Positions 30,958 through 50,559 of a stretch of DNA of 64,000 nucleotides are shown here, in pieces. Below the pieces are notes generated by a model. The model did no database searches. It was not told the origin of the DNA and saw only the letters and a list, made by a program, of their open reading frames with translations. This DNA comes from Eledone cirrhosa (Eukaryota): assembly GCA_964016885.1 (NCBI GenBank), contig OZ024755.1, positions 24,676,001-24,740,000 on the forward strand, given 5' to 3'. A program made the position numbers and the translations under genes. The stretch's first letter is position 1. Every line of letters starts with the position of its first letter.

Positions 30958-31194
30958 CTTCAAAATATTAATAAATATAGACATTCATGTGATCAAATAT
31001 ATTTTATTATACATATTTCAGAGGTACTGAGCTATTTCAACAGTACGTCCTCATCAGATAAAATAAGTTGATGCCTGACATACCTTGACTATGTTGATGG
31101 TTATAATTCAGTCATATATATATATATTCAGATCCGCACACTGGCTCATGTACACGCACACACACACACACCAATATACATAGCATACTTCCTG

Positions 31195-31430
31195 GTTCTA
31201 TAACGTATAAAAACACAGTCATGACTGCGCCTATAACGTATAATAACACCGCTATGTCTAAGCCTATAACGTATAAAAAAACACATCCATGTCTGCGCCT
31301 ATAATGCATTATAACGTAGTGATGACTGCGTCTATAACGTATAAAAACACTCATGACTGCGCCTATAACGTCTGAACCTATAACGCCTATAACACATAAC
31401 AACGCAGCCATGTTTGTGCCTATAACATAA
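31195..31430. repeat. ~30-bp minisatellite
   Basis: ATGACTGCGCCTATAACGTATAAAAACAC variants, about 7 units. Confidence 0.85.
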
Positions 31431-31996
31431 AAAACAGTGGACCCGCATTTAAGGCGGCCACTCCGTATAGTTTAAAACCGCGTAAGATGCAAAATCCACG
31501 TTCTATAGTATCAAGATGTTTTTTATTTCCCTATAATGCTTCCATCTCCCCAAGCTGTATCTTATCCTCACTTGATATTTGTTATCTCAAATATGGTGTT
31601 AACTGAAAGGTCTTGTTTCCCCTTTTTCCTCTTAACTCTACTAACACGGTAACTATCTTCTTACATGTTTACACAGTTAATGTTTGTGTTTCACAGCTAT
31701 TGGGTTGTAACTCTATATCCATCCATCTATACATCCACGCTCCCTTAATTCTTGACGGAGTCGTAGGGGCGCCGTTGTGATACATGGTGTGTTCTGGCGA
31801 AGCCCATACCTCTCCAAGTCTGACCACAGTTGATTTCCTCTTCTTAGAGAGAGAGAGAAGGGTATATAAATATATGAGAGAGAGATAGGGGGGGGGGCGA
31901 GTCGAACCCTGCACCGAATGGTACAATATCGATCTGGAAAGGTTGAAAGACAAAGCATCATCGTGTATTAATTTAATCTTTAGTTAAAAGAACCTG

Positions 31997-32162
31997 AAGG
32001 CATGTGGCTTAATAGCTAGGGTATTCGGCTCACGATCGTAAAGGGTAGGTACACGTGTTTGTGGAATGCTCAGACACTTGCACGTTAGTTTCATCACGAA
32101 CAGCTTATTCCATTGATCGTATCTCCTGGAACATTCGTCGTCGCAACCGACGGAGTGCCAGT
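31997..32162 (+). mobile_element. SINE family B, internally deleted
   Basis: Head GGCATGTGGCTTAATAGCTAGGGTATTCGGCTCACGATCGTAA; tail matches 56510-56620. Confidence 0.7.
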
Positions 32163-32241
32163 TTTTAGGTAGAAGAATACATTTTTTGTGGTGGAACGTT
32201 ACGGTGGAATAAATTTACTTTTAATATATAACTAGTTTTAG

Positions 32242-32470
32242 TGCGGTGGATTGGCAGAATTGGTAGAGCGTCGGACAACATGCTTTATGGCATAGAGATA
32301 CGGTCCTTTACGGTCTGAGTTCAAATCCAAACGAGGTTAGCTTTGCCTTTCATCCTCCCGAGATCGATAAAATAAAGCACCAGTAAAGAACTGGGTTGAT
32401 TTAATCAACTTTGCAACCCCCTCCCCCAAAAGAAAACAAATTGCTGGCCTTGTGCTTAAATAAGAAATCA
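32242..32470 (+). mobile_element. SINE family A variant
   Basis: A-box TGGCAGAATTGG, B-box GAGTTCAAATCC, conserved body. Confidence 0.85.
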
Positions 32471-33584
32471 ATATGTGATTAGCTTTAAGGTCCTCTACGT
32501 AACCTCTCGAGCTGTTAGAAATAATTACCAAATCTCCTTCAATTCACATCTTAACTCACTTCAAGTGGACGTAACAGAAGTAAATGTTTAAGAAGTTCGC
32601 TCCACAAACATATGGCTCCTGTTTCAATTTTATTGCTGACATCTTTGGTAGACGGAAACTGTGCTGAAGTCCGTCAAATGGATTGATTGTACCTGTAATT
32701 CAGATGACCGGCCTTGTCACATGATGTGTCAAGCTGATTCCGTTTGGGAATTACGTTAAAGGTATACGTGTTTTTGTAGAATACACAATTCACTGCCTAT
32801 GTGTATATAAACAGGAGTGTATGTTGATGTAATGAGAAGGACCAATTGATGTTTCGGGCCATAACCTTCATCGAACATATAAATAATATAAAAGAATTGT
32901 ATAGAAACTGAAATATTTTATTAACTTAACATTTAATAAACAGGACAGCAACGAATGCCACCCTTTCCCCTACACCTGCCCCCACTCCAAAAGCTTAAAA
33001 GTCAGGCACCTTCCAGTCTATCTCAGCAACCTTTTCTGCCCGCAGTACAATCTCCATTTAATTACTGCTACTTGTCACGGCTGATAAAACTGAATGGTTA
33101 TCACAAGAGCTGTCAAGAACGAACGACTGCTGTCACTGCTGCTGCTGTTGTGACTGCTGCTGCTGCTGTTTGTGTTTTCTTAAAGCAGGTCGTTCTAATG
33201 GAACGTCCTTCAAATTAGGGAGAAGAGGCGGCGGCGGTGGGAGAGAAAAAAGGGGGATGTTGGAAGGGTAAGGAGAGAAGAAAGTGGGATGTAGGGGGAG
33301 GTGGACAGAGAGAAGAATTAGGGGGTGTAGAAGGAGGTGGAGAGTGATAGAATAAAAGAGGGTTAGAAGAAGGTGGAGAAGAGAGAGAGAGAGAGAGAAA
33401 GGGGGGTAGAAGGAGGCGGAGAGAGAGAGAGAGAGACAGAGACAGAAAAGAACGGGGGTGTATGGGGTGGGGAGAGAGAGAAAGAAAGGGGGGTAGAAGG
33501 AGGGCCAACACAAGATCAGCTGTAATTGCTAATTAAGATCTGACTGGTTTGTCTAGAAAGATACCACACGATGTAAATACCAAT

Positions 33585-33624
<40 letters not shown>

Positions 33625-33627
<3 letters not shown>

Positions 33628-33914
33628 TAGCAGAATGGCCCGGCGTTGCTCGGGATTTGCTGTAGGGTTCTTATATATTTGATATATATTTATCCTTATC
33701 GAGCCTCGTGAAATAAATACGTTTGTTTATATTTTGTTATTGTGTATGCAAAAATATCTGTACACGAATATATAATTATATATATATATATTAAAATAAC
33801 AGATTAAATTTTAAGCAAAGAATCGTTGCTTTCACCCTTAACGGGATCTTCTGAAGCTAAAAAATCAATCTGTGAACGCAGAAGTAAATATTTCGAAAAA
33901 CGTTACACACTATA

Positions 33915-33969
<55 letters not shown>

Positions 33970-34275
33970 TATATATACATATATACACACACACACTCAC
34001 ATATAGCGTCATAATGTCGTAATGCAGACAGTCAGACAGATATTATAAGGGCGCAACGTTATACCTATGTATCTATCTAAAAAGAAAGACTCAGAATTAT
34101 AGAGAGAGATTGCTAAATCGCCTAATGCGGTCCCTAGGGCATTGAAAATTTGAAAATGTTTTTGCTCAAAACACTCACAGGACCATAAGTATTACATGTT
34201 TAAAGTTTGAAAACAATCGGTTGGGTGGTTCTCGAGTTTTAGGGAGACAGACAGACAAACATTCAGTTTTATATA
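33625..34275 (+). mobile_element. Non-autonomous Helitron/Helentron-like element with insertions
   Basis: Starts ACTAGCAGAATGGCCCGGCGTTGCTCGGG and ends AAAGTTTGAAAACAATCGG..TTCTCGAGTT..(ACAG)n AAAC..TTTTATATAT, recalled termini of invertebrate rolling-circle non-autonomous elements. Confidence 0.6.
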
Positions 34276-34330
34276 TATATATGCCATATATATATACCAT
34301 CTATATATATATATATATATCCCATGTATG

Positions 34331-34391
<61 letters not shown>

Positions 34392-34609
34392 TCTATGTAT
34401 ATGTATGTATATATATATATTTCATCTATGTATATGTATGTATATATATATATATCATCTATGTATATGTATGTATATATATATATCATCTATGTATATG
34501 TATGTATATATATATATCATCTATGTATATGCATGTATATATATGTATATATATATCATCTATGTATATGTATGTATATATATATATCCCATCTATGTAT
34601 ATGTATGTG

Positions 34610-34645
<36 letters not shown>

Positions 34646-34920
34646 ATCTATGTATGTGTGTATATATATATATAGATAGATGGTATGTAGTTTGTTTAGG
34701 AATGTAGGATTTTATCAGTGTACATCAAACACACACATATACTCACACACACACATATATTCATACACACATATACTCACACACACACATATACTCATAC
34801 ACACACATATACTCATACACACACATATACTCACACACATACATATACTCATACACACACATATACTCATACACACACATATTCACACACACACACACAC
34901 ATATATACTCATACACACAT
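34275..34920. repeat. TA/CATCTATG compound repeat and an 18-bp CACATATACTCATACACA minisatellite
   Basis: Directly visible. Confidence 0.9.
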
Positions 34921-34924
34921 ATTA

Positions 34925-35232
34925 TCCTAGTACATTACTGGTGCTTTATTTTATCGACCCCGTAAGGATGAAAGGCAAAGTTAACCTCGGCGGGATTTGA
35001 ACTCAGACCATAAAGGGACGTAACTCTTTGCTGCAAAGCATGGCGTCCGACCCTTATATATAATTGTTTCTACTTTTAAGCACCAAGCTAGCAATCACCC
35101 AGTGCATTACTGGTATTTTATTTTATCGACCCCGTAAGGATGAAAGGCAAAGTTAATCCCGAACTCAGAATGGCAAGGGCCATAACTCTACGCGTCAAAG
35201 CATGGCGTCCAACCCTCTACCGATACTGCCAA
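34925..35232 (-). mobile_element. Two adjacent SINE family A copies
   Basis: 34925-35055 and 35060-35232. Confidence 0.88.
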
Positions 35233-35929
35233 AAAGTATGTTGTTTAGTGGTAGATAAAAAATATCTAAGTAGCAAGCTTAACAGTTATATGATATTAGT
35301 TCAGTGTCAAAGCTATGAGATATTCTCAGATGTAATTGATAATACTTCCTTCCGTTATGTTTTATACCATTAACGCACAACAAGAATTATCAACAATGAT
35401 ATACCACTGAGGATACAGAAACAAAACACATGGCCATAGTGTAATAAACACGTTTCTGTAGACACATAATCACGGGCACACATATACATATACACATTGT
35501 AATAAACACGTTTCTGTAGTCACATACGGACACACACGTATATATACACCTTGTAATAAATGTGAATGTATATGTATATATATATATATATATACACACG
35601 CTCATACATCTACTCATTAGGGAGTATGTAGTTTTATACTCATATCAAATGTATATTTATGTTTCTATGAATAAAGGTGTGTGTATGTGAGAGTGTGGTG
35701 TGTAGAGTGAGTAAAGGCAAGTGTGTTTAAGGGACAAATAGAAGAGAGGATGAGAGAGAGAGAGAGAGAGATTATATGTATATGTATATATACATATCGC
35801 TAAGCAAATATATACAAATACGAATGTAAATATATACATGCGTATATATATATATATATAACGTATAACTATTTATATATATACCTAGGTACACATGCAT
35901 ATATATATATACCCATATGTGTGTATGTT

Positions 35930-35970
<41 letters not shown>

Positions 35971-36148
35971 TTATATATACATATATATATATATTTATAT
36001 ATACATATATATATATATATATTTATATATACATATATATATTTATATATACATATATATATTTATATATACATATATATATATATTTATATATACATAT
36101 ATGTATATATATATACATATATATATATATTTATATATACATATATGT

Positions 36149-36193
<45 letters not shown>

Positions 36194-36214
36194 AATATAT
36201 ATATATTCGGGTGG

Positions 36215-36391
36215 TCTAGGCACAATGCCAGAAATCACTCAGTGCACTACTGGTACTTTATTTTATCGACCCCGTAAGGATGAGAGGCAAAGTCAACCTC
36301 GCGGGATTTGAACTCAGATCGTAAAGAGACGTAACTATGCTGGAAAGCATGGTGTCTGACCCTCTACCGATACTGCCAATCCACCGACCCA
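36215..36391 (-). mobile_element. SINE family A inside a TA tract
   Basis: Matches the consensus. Confidence 0.88.
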
Positions 36392-42019
<5,628 letters not shown>

Positions 42020-42086
42020 GGACGTAAAATAAAAAATATTTTTTTAAAAAAAATTTAAAAAAAATTTTTTTCTTACTTAAATTTTC

Positions 42087-42166
42087 ACTCCAACTAATTA
42101 GTTTCTGCAATGGATAAAGACAGTACGTAATTCAACTGTCGAGAATTCATTGCGTCATCAGGAAGT
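42087..42166 (-). ncRNA. Type I hammerhead, array copy 1
   Basis: Intact CTGATGA/GAAA/GTT core; two 1-nt deletions in stem II relative to the other copies. Confidence 0.72.
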
Positions 42167-42638
42167 CTATTCTCAGTTAAGTCTCCAGGCAATGCGCGGA
42201 CACTGGCGGCTCATATAAAAATAATAATAATTCGGTAGATCGAACAGCTTGCGAGGACTGAATTCTATGTACCGAAGTTCTCACTGCTTCAAGTCAAATG
42301 GCCGCTTCTAAAGAATCAATCACGTGACACAGAGGCTAGTTAGAAGGAATGGGATGGTAAGATGACTGACGCCTACTAACACCCCAAAAAAATTTTTTTA
42401 GAAGTGGTTTTGACAAGTTTGCTCGACAAATCAGTGATTTGGAGATAAATATAGATAATTTAATATATCAACTAACATAAGCGCACAGATGCACGCCCAT
42501 GCCAGCAAATACACAGGTTATGTCATAGTACCTAGGTGGTTCAATGCAGGAGAATGCAGAACAATAATATAATGGACGTAAAATAAAAATATTTTTTTAA
42601 AAAAAATTTAAAAAAATTTTTTTCTTACTTAAATTTTC

Positions 42639-42720
42639 ACTCCAACTAATTAGTTTCTGCAATGGGATAAAGACAGTTACGTAATTCAACTGTCGAGAAT
42701 TCATTGCGTCATCAGGAAGT
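42639..42720 (-). ncRNA. Type I hammerhead, array copy 2
   Basis: Reverse complement of copy 4. Confidence 0.78.
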
Positions 42721-43193
42721 CTATTCTCAGTTAAGTCTCCAGGCAATGCGCGGACACTGGCGGCTCATATAAAAATAATAATAATTCGGTAGATCGAACA
42801 GCTTGCGAGGACTGAATTCTATGTACCGAAGTTCTCACTGCTTCAAGTCAAATGGCGATTCTAAAGAATCAATCACGTGACACAGAGGCTAGTTAGAAGG
42901 AATGGGATGGTAAGATGACTGACGCCTACTAACACCCCAAAAAAATTTTTTTAGAAGTGGTTTTGACAAGTTTGCTCGACAAATCAGTGATTTGGAGATA
43001 AATATAGATAATTTAATATATCAACTAACATAAGCGCACAGATGCACGCCCATGCCAGCAAATACACAGGTTATGTCATAGTACCTAGGTGGTTCAATGC
43101 AGGAGAATGCAGAACAATAATATAATGGACGTAAAATAAAAAAATATTTTTTAAAAAAAAATTAAAAAAAATTTTTTTCTTACTTAAATTTTC

Positions 43194-43275
43194 ACTCCAA
43201 CTAATTAGTTTCTGCAATGGGATAAAGACAGTTACGTAATTCAACTGTCGAGAATTCATTGCGTCATCAGGAAGT
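43194..43275 (-). ncRNA. Type I hammerhead, array copy 3
   Basis: Reverse complement of copy 4. Confidence 0.78.
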
Positions 43276-43716
43276 CTATTCTCAGTTAAGTCTCCAGGCA
43301 ATGCGCGGACACTGGCGGCTCATATAAAAATAATAATAATTCGGTAGATCGAACAGCTTGCGAGGACTGAATTCTATGTACCGAAGTTCTCACTGCTTCA
43401 AGTCAAATGGCCGATTCTAAAGAATCAATCACGTGACACAGAGGCTAGTTAGAAGGAATGGGATGGTAAGATGACTGACGCCTACTAACACCCCAAAAAA
43501 ATTTTTTTAGAAGTGGTTTGACAAGTTTGCTCGACAAATCAGTGATTTGGAGATAAATATAGATAATTTAATATATCAACTAACATAAGCGCACAGATGC
43601 ACGCCCATGCCAGCAAATACACAGGTTATGTCATAGTACCTAGGTGGTTCAATGCAGGAGAATGCAGAACAATAATATAATGGACGTAAAATAAAAAAAT
43701 ATTTTTTTGAGAATAG

Positions 43717-43798
43717 ACTTCCTGATGACGCAATGAATTCTCGACAGTTGAATTACGTAACTGTCTTTATCCCATTGCAGAAACTAATTAGTTGGAGT
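43717..43798 (+). ncRNA. Type I hammerhead, array copy 4
   Basis: acttc CTGATGA c-gcaatg..gacagtt..aactgtc..cattgc-a GAAA ctaattag TT ggagt: stem I acttc/ggagt, two-helix stem II, palindromic stem III AACTAATTAGTT. Confidence 0.8.
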
Positions 43799-44273
43799 GA
43801 AAATTTAAGTAAGAAAAAAATTTTTTTTTAATTTTTTTTAAAAAAATATTTTTTTATTTTAACGTCCATTATATTATTGTTCTGCATTCTCCTGCATTGA
43901 ACCACCTAGGTACTATGACATAACCTGTGTATTTGCTGGCATGGGCGTGCATCTGTGCGCTTATGTTAGTTGATATATTAAATTATCTATATTTATCTCC
44001 AAATCACTGATTTGTCGAGCAAACTTGTCAAAACCACTTCTAAAAAAATTTTTTTGGGGTGTTAGTAGGCGTCAGTCATCTTACCATCCCATTCCTTCTA
44101 ACTAGCCTCTGTGTCACGTGATTGATTCTTTAGAATCGGCCATTTGACTTGAAGCAGTGAGAACTTCGGTACATAGAATTCAGTCCTCGCAAGCTGTTCG
44201 ATCTACCGAATTATTATTATTTTATATGAGCCGCCAGTGTCCGCGCATTGCCTGGAGACTTAACTGAGAATAG

Positions 44274-44355
44274 ACTTCCTGATGACGCAATGAATTCTCG
44301 ACAGTTGAATTACGTAACTGTCTTTATCCCATTGCAAAAACTAATTAGTTGGAGT
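44274..44355 (+). ncRNA. Hammerhead copy 5 with GAAA changed to AAAA (catalytic G12 lost)
   Basis: cattgca AAAA ctaattag TT ggagt. Confidence 0.65.
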
Positions 44356-44544
44356 GAAAATTTAAGTAAGAAAAAAATTTTTTTTAAATTTTTTTTTAAA
44401 AAAATATTTTTTTATTTTACGTCCATTATATTATTGTTCTGCATTCTCCTGCATTGAACCACCTAGGTACTATGACATAACCTGTGTATTTGCTGGCATG
44501 GGCGTGCATCTGTGCGCTTATGTTAGTTGATATATTAAATTATC

Positions 44545-46131
<1,587 letters not shown>

Positions 46132-46215
46132 ATACACACATATGGGTATATATATATGCATGTGTACCTAGGTATATATATAAATAGTTATACGTTTATA
46201 TATGTGTACACATGC

Positions 46216-46282
<67 letters not shown>

Positions 46283-46329
46283 CTAAGTGCGTGAGAAATG
46301 TGCATGAAATATTCGAGATTAAGTTTATT

Positions 46330-46414
46330 CATGTCAGTGTGTATGTATGTATGTGTGTATGTCAGTGTATGTAGTATGAATGCTAGTGTGTATGTTAGTG
46401 TCTATGTATGCATG

Positions 46415-46473
<59 letters not shown>

Positions 46474-47000
46474 GTATGTCAGTATGTCTGTATATATGTA
46501 TGTATGTATATATGTATGTATATATATGTATGTGTATGTCAGTGTGTATATATGTATATGTATATATGTATGTATATATATATGTGTCAGTGTGTATGTA
46601 TGCCAGTGTGTATTTCAGTGTGTATGTATGTGTGTATGTCAGTTTGTATGTATGTGTGGATGCCAGTGTGTATGTATGTGTGTATGTCAATGTGTGTATG
46701 TCAATGTATGTATGTGTGTATGTCAGTGTGTATGTATGTATGTCAGTGTGTATGCCAGTGTGTATGTATGTGTTCATATATGTGTGTATGTCAGTGTGTA
46801 TGTATGTGTGTCAGTGTGTATGTCAATGTATGTATGTGCATGTCAGTGTGTATGTATGTGTGTATGTATATGTGTATGTATGTGTGCATGTCAGTGTGTA
46901 TGTATGTGTGTATATCAGTGTGTATGTCAGTGTGTATGTCAGTGTGTATGTATGTGTGTATGTCAATGTAAGTCAGTGTATGTCAATGTGTGTATGTGTG
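46330..47000. repeat. Compound TGTCAGTGTGTATGTA satellite
   Basis: Directly visible. Confidence 0.9.
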
Positions 47001-47133
47001 AGTTGAGATATTGCAGAAATGTGTCTGTATTTGCACCAGTCAGCTCCAATAAAATGTTATATTGACATCTAGTAATAAAAAATAAACATACACATGACCA
47101 CCAACGTAAACATAACCAGCACAACCTCTCTCT

Positions 47134-47164
<31 letters not shown>

Positions 47165-47168
47165 ACGC

Positions 47169-47257
<89 letters not shown>

Positions 47258-47459
47258 CAAAAAGTTATGAAACGAAAGGAGCTGTGTGGTTACTAAAACA
47301 AGGTTTAGAATGGTGGTTAGGACGGAACAGGAGGAGAAAGGAAGAAAAGAGTTTCAATCGTCAGCTGTAAATGTTTCCCGAACCGATGTTTCGGCGCTGA
47401 ATTACAGGACATCGGTGTATTTCGGGTGCGCCCGAGGCCTTTTATTTATCAAAAGGCCA

Positions 47460-47845
47460 CATACATACATACATACATACATACATACATACATACATAC
47501 ATACATACATACATGGTGGTGGCTGCCAACTCGTTTTCGAGTACCGCCACTACTTTTTATCCATGTAGGAGAACCCCTACCGATGCGCTGAAAGAGTGTG
47601 ACTTTTTAGTCCAGCCAGCGACTTGAAAACTCTGGTACAAACACTACACCTGTGACAATTATTGACACAGTGCTGGGCCCATGGTACCATGTGACGACAA
47701 GTGCAGAGAGATCTCCAGATATAAAGCAATGCCTGTGCCGCGAAGCTTTTATAGTGAGCAAAGGCACTGCACAAAGCCAGTCCCACTCTTAACCAAGATG
47801 ATATTTACCAAAAAGAAGAACAAGTCAACATCATTGGATACCATC
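47460..47845 (-). mobile_element. 5'-truncated third copy of the RTE-derived element with a (TATG)n tail
   Basis: Reverse complement of ~22713-23045; (CATA)n at 47460-47513. Confidence 0.85.
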
Positions 47846-48889
47846 ATACATACATACATACCTATATACATATATATTTTATACATACATATATACATAT
47901 AAATATATATGCATATATACTATTTGGTAGGTTGTGTTCGGTTTAGGGACAGTTTTTGATAGGTTGTGTTGGGTTTAGTTTGTAGCAATCACATAGGAAT
48001 CACCCTTCTCTCAATACCAGGAAAACTCTTTACCCAGATCCTGCTCTCAAGAACAATGCCAGCAGGCGGAATCATGCCCAATCTTGATTAAATATAAATA
48101 ATTTTATTGCTTATTTAAAGATTCACTTCTTTAAAATTTTCAAATGTCAACACTTCCTTTTAGCACCCGTTATATTATTACACTTATAAAACATCGCATA
48201 TATTTCCGTTGCTAATTTTCTCCTAATGCAGTTTATATATAATATCGTCTTTTTTTAAATGTATCATGGATTACTTTACTGATTCCAGAAGAGAGTGTAA
48301 CACAGACTCTCCTCAATTTCTGTGGATATTGTCAATTACGATTTGACATATCATATCTACATGCAAATATATTTGCGTATAATATCAATATCCACACTAC
48401 ACATGCTAGCAGAAAAACACCCGAAGCGTGGTTTTTCTGCTAGTACATATAACAATACATATACAAACATACAGACACACAGATTTACAACTAATATGTT
48501 TAACGATCCTCTCGTTTAACGACCACTCACACTTACGAACGTAATTATTTGTGTAGTCATATTTTAATACCTTTTTATGTTGTATTATTTTTAACGTTTG
48601 TCAATTTTTTAATAAAATATAACATATTTCCAGTTAACAAGACGATTTCAGACCTGTCAACTTTCCTCGTCAGTCGGGGAGATCTCCCACCCACTTTAGG
48701 GTGGATGAGAGATGTCTTCTTTTGGGAAAATGGGTAAAGCTTTCATTATATAAAATCTCCCCATTTTGCCTCATTTCTTCCTGTTCTGAGGCACTTTTTT
48801 TCATGGTACTTCCCGTTTGGGTTTTTAGAGGTTGGCAGGTCTGCAATTTCCATTAAATATTTACGAATTTATTTAGATAATTTAATGAT

Positions 48890-49080
48890 TTCTAATTTAG
48901 GCACAAGGTTAGAAATTTGTAGCCCGGCGAAAAACGATTATATTGACCCCACTGGTACCTTATTTTATTGAGCCCAGAAGGAGGAAAATCAAAGTTGACC
49001 TGAGCAGGATTTGAACTCAGAACGTAAAGGGCTATAAATAAACGCATCAAAGCATTTTGTCCGACGCTCTACCGATTATT
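48890..49080 (-). mobile_element. Older SINE family A copy
   Basis: Diverged match to the consensus. Confidence 0.7.
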
Positions 49081-49179
49081 CTGGCCAAAGCCGATTCTTC
49101 ATAACTTTTCCTATTCGCTGCACTCTATCATGTCACGTGACATTAAATCACATTTTACGACCATATTAGTGAAACAGAA

Positions 49180-49330
49180 CCTCGTTAAGTGAGGAATGGC
49201 GGTGTTTATGATTGTTGTTAAATGAGGAGTGTCAGCATTTATGATGGTTGTTAAGTGAGCAGTTACGGCATTTATGGTGGTTGTTAAATGAGGAATGTCG
49301 GCATTTATGATGGTTGTTAAGCGAGGAGTA
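49180..49330. repeat. ~33-bp minisatellite
   Basis: GTTGTTAA(A/G)TGAGGA..GCATTTATGATG, about 4-5 units. Confidence 0.85.
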
Positions 49331-49439
49331 TTTAAATCATATAGTTTAGTTACGGGTCAGTAAATTTATTATGAAAGATATTCCAGCTGTGACCATCTAG
49401 TCTTTTCTCTTTGCAACATTCATTATGTTTACGACCTTA

Positions 49440-49630
49440 GGGCAGTGAATTGGCAGTATCGGTAGAGGGTCGGACGCCATGCTTTGACGTATAGAGTTAC
49501 GGCCCTTGCCATTCTGAGTTCAAATCCCGCCGAGGTTAACTTTAGCTTTCATCCTTACGGGAGTCGATAAAATAAAGTACCAGTAATCTACTGGGTTATT
49601 GCTGGCCTTGTGCCAAAAGTAGAAACAATT
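49440..49630 (+). mobile_element. SINE family A, full length with an 18-bp TSD
   Basis: ATTATGTTTACGACCTTA at 49422-49439 and 49628-49645. Confidence 0.93.
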
Positions 49631-49699
49631 ATGTTTACGACCTTATTATCCAACACTGCTCTCTGTGTTGTTTTTTCATGATCACCATGAAATTACCTT

Positions 49700-50103
49700 T
49701 AACTTATTACAAATCGGAAGTATATACAAAAGGAAGTATATACAAAAGGAAGTATATATACAGAAACGAAAGAATATATACATACAATCGAAAGTATATA
49801 TTACAAACGGAAGTATATATATATTTACAATCGGAAGTACATACAGAATCGGAAGAATATACATTCAATTGGAAGTATATATACAGAAAAGAAGTATATA
49901 TACACATGGAAATATATATATTCAAACGGAAATATATATACAATCGGAAGTATATTCTACAAACGGAAGTGTATATATATGATTTCTCACGAATGAAACA
50001 GTTCTAGTCCTGTAGAAGCTCTTCTATATTAAAACATTTATAATCTGCTATGTATTGAGTACCTTACTTACTGTGGTTACCTCCGATTCAACCCGGAATA
50101 ACT

Positions 50104-50200
<97 letters not shown>

Positions 50201-50255
50201 AAGTATATTCTACAAACAGAAGTGAATATACAGTCGGAAATATATACAAAATTGT
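49700..50255. repeat. Degenerate CGGAAGTATATATACAA minisatellite, interrupted by a ~200-bp insert
   Basis: Motif runs 49705-49975 and resumes at 50195-50250. Confidence 0.8.
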
Positions 50256-50559
50256 AAGTATAAAAACAAATTAAATTAATTTCTTATTTCCACAACATAA
50301 TTGGAATCACCATTTTTGCAGCATTTCAACATAAAATATGCATAATTAAGAACATTCTGAGGAAACAAAGTCAAGTTGGTGGATGTTATAGGCTCTCTAC
50401 TGAGTCATAAATACCGTTTTCACAAATATTAATTGCAAAAACAAAATTTTTTCATTTTAATTTCATTAATATAATCGTAAGCTACACCTTCTACAAAGTG
50501 TCATTCAGAAATATGCCTTATTAAGAAATGTACTTATTATAAGTGCAGGTATGGTGTCT

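Noticed and set aside
31021-31062. Minus-strand CTGATGA..GAAA..TC hammerhead-like core
   Set aside because: Stems I and III do not pair; at best a decayed relic
32843-32878. Minus-strand TCGATGA..GAAACATC motif
   Set aside because: Core mutated and no stem I
33133-33513. ORF ending in poly-Gln
   Set aside because: Mostly a CT-rich microsatellite translation plus a short (CAG)n; no splice or homology support
43071-43301. 76-aa and 69-aa ORFs in the array units
   Set aside because: Non-ATG start, cross A/T homopolymers, frame not kept between near-identical copies, no recognisable motif
48403-48443. Short hairpin resembling an intrinsic terminator (also 14722-14757)
   Set aside because: Eukaryotic non-coding context; small palindromes are common here and no function can be supported
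49440-49530. A/B boxes as a tRNA gene
   Set aside because: No cloverleaf; it is the head of a multi-copy SINE
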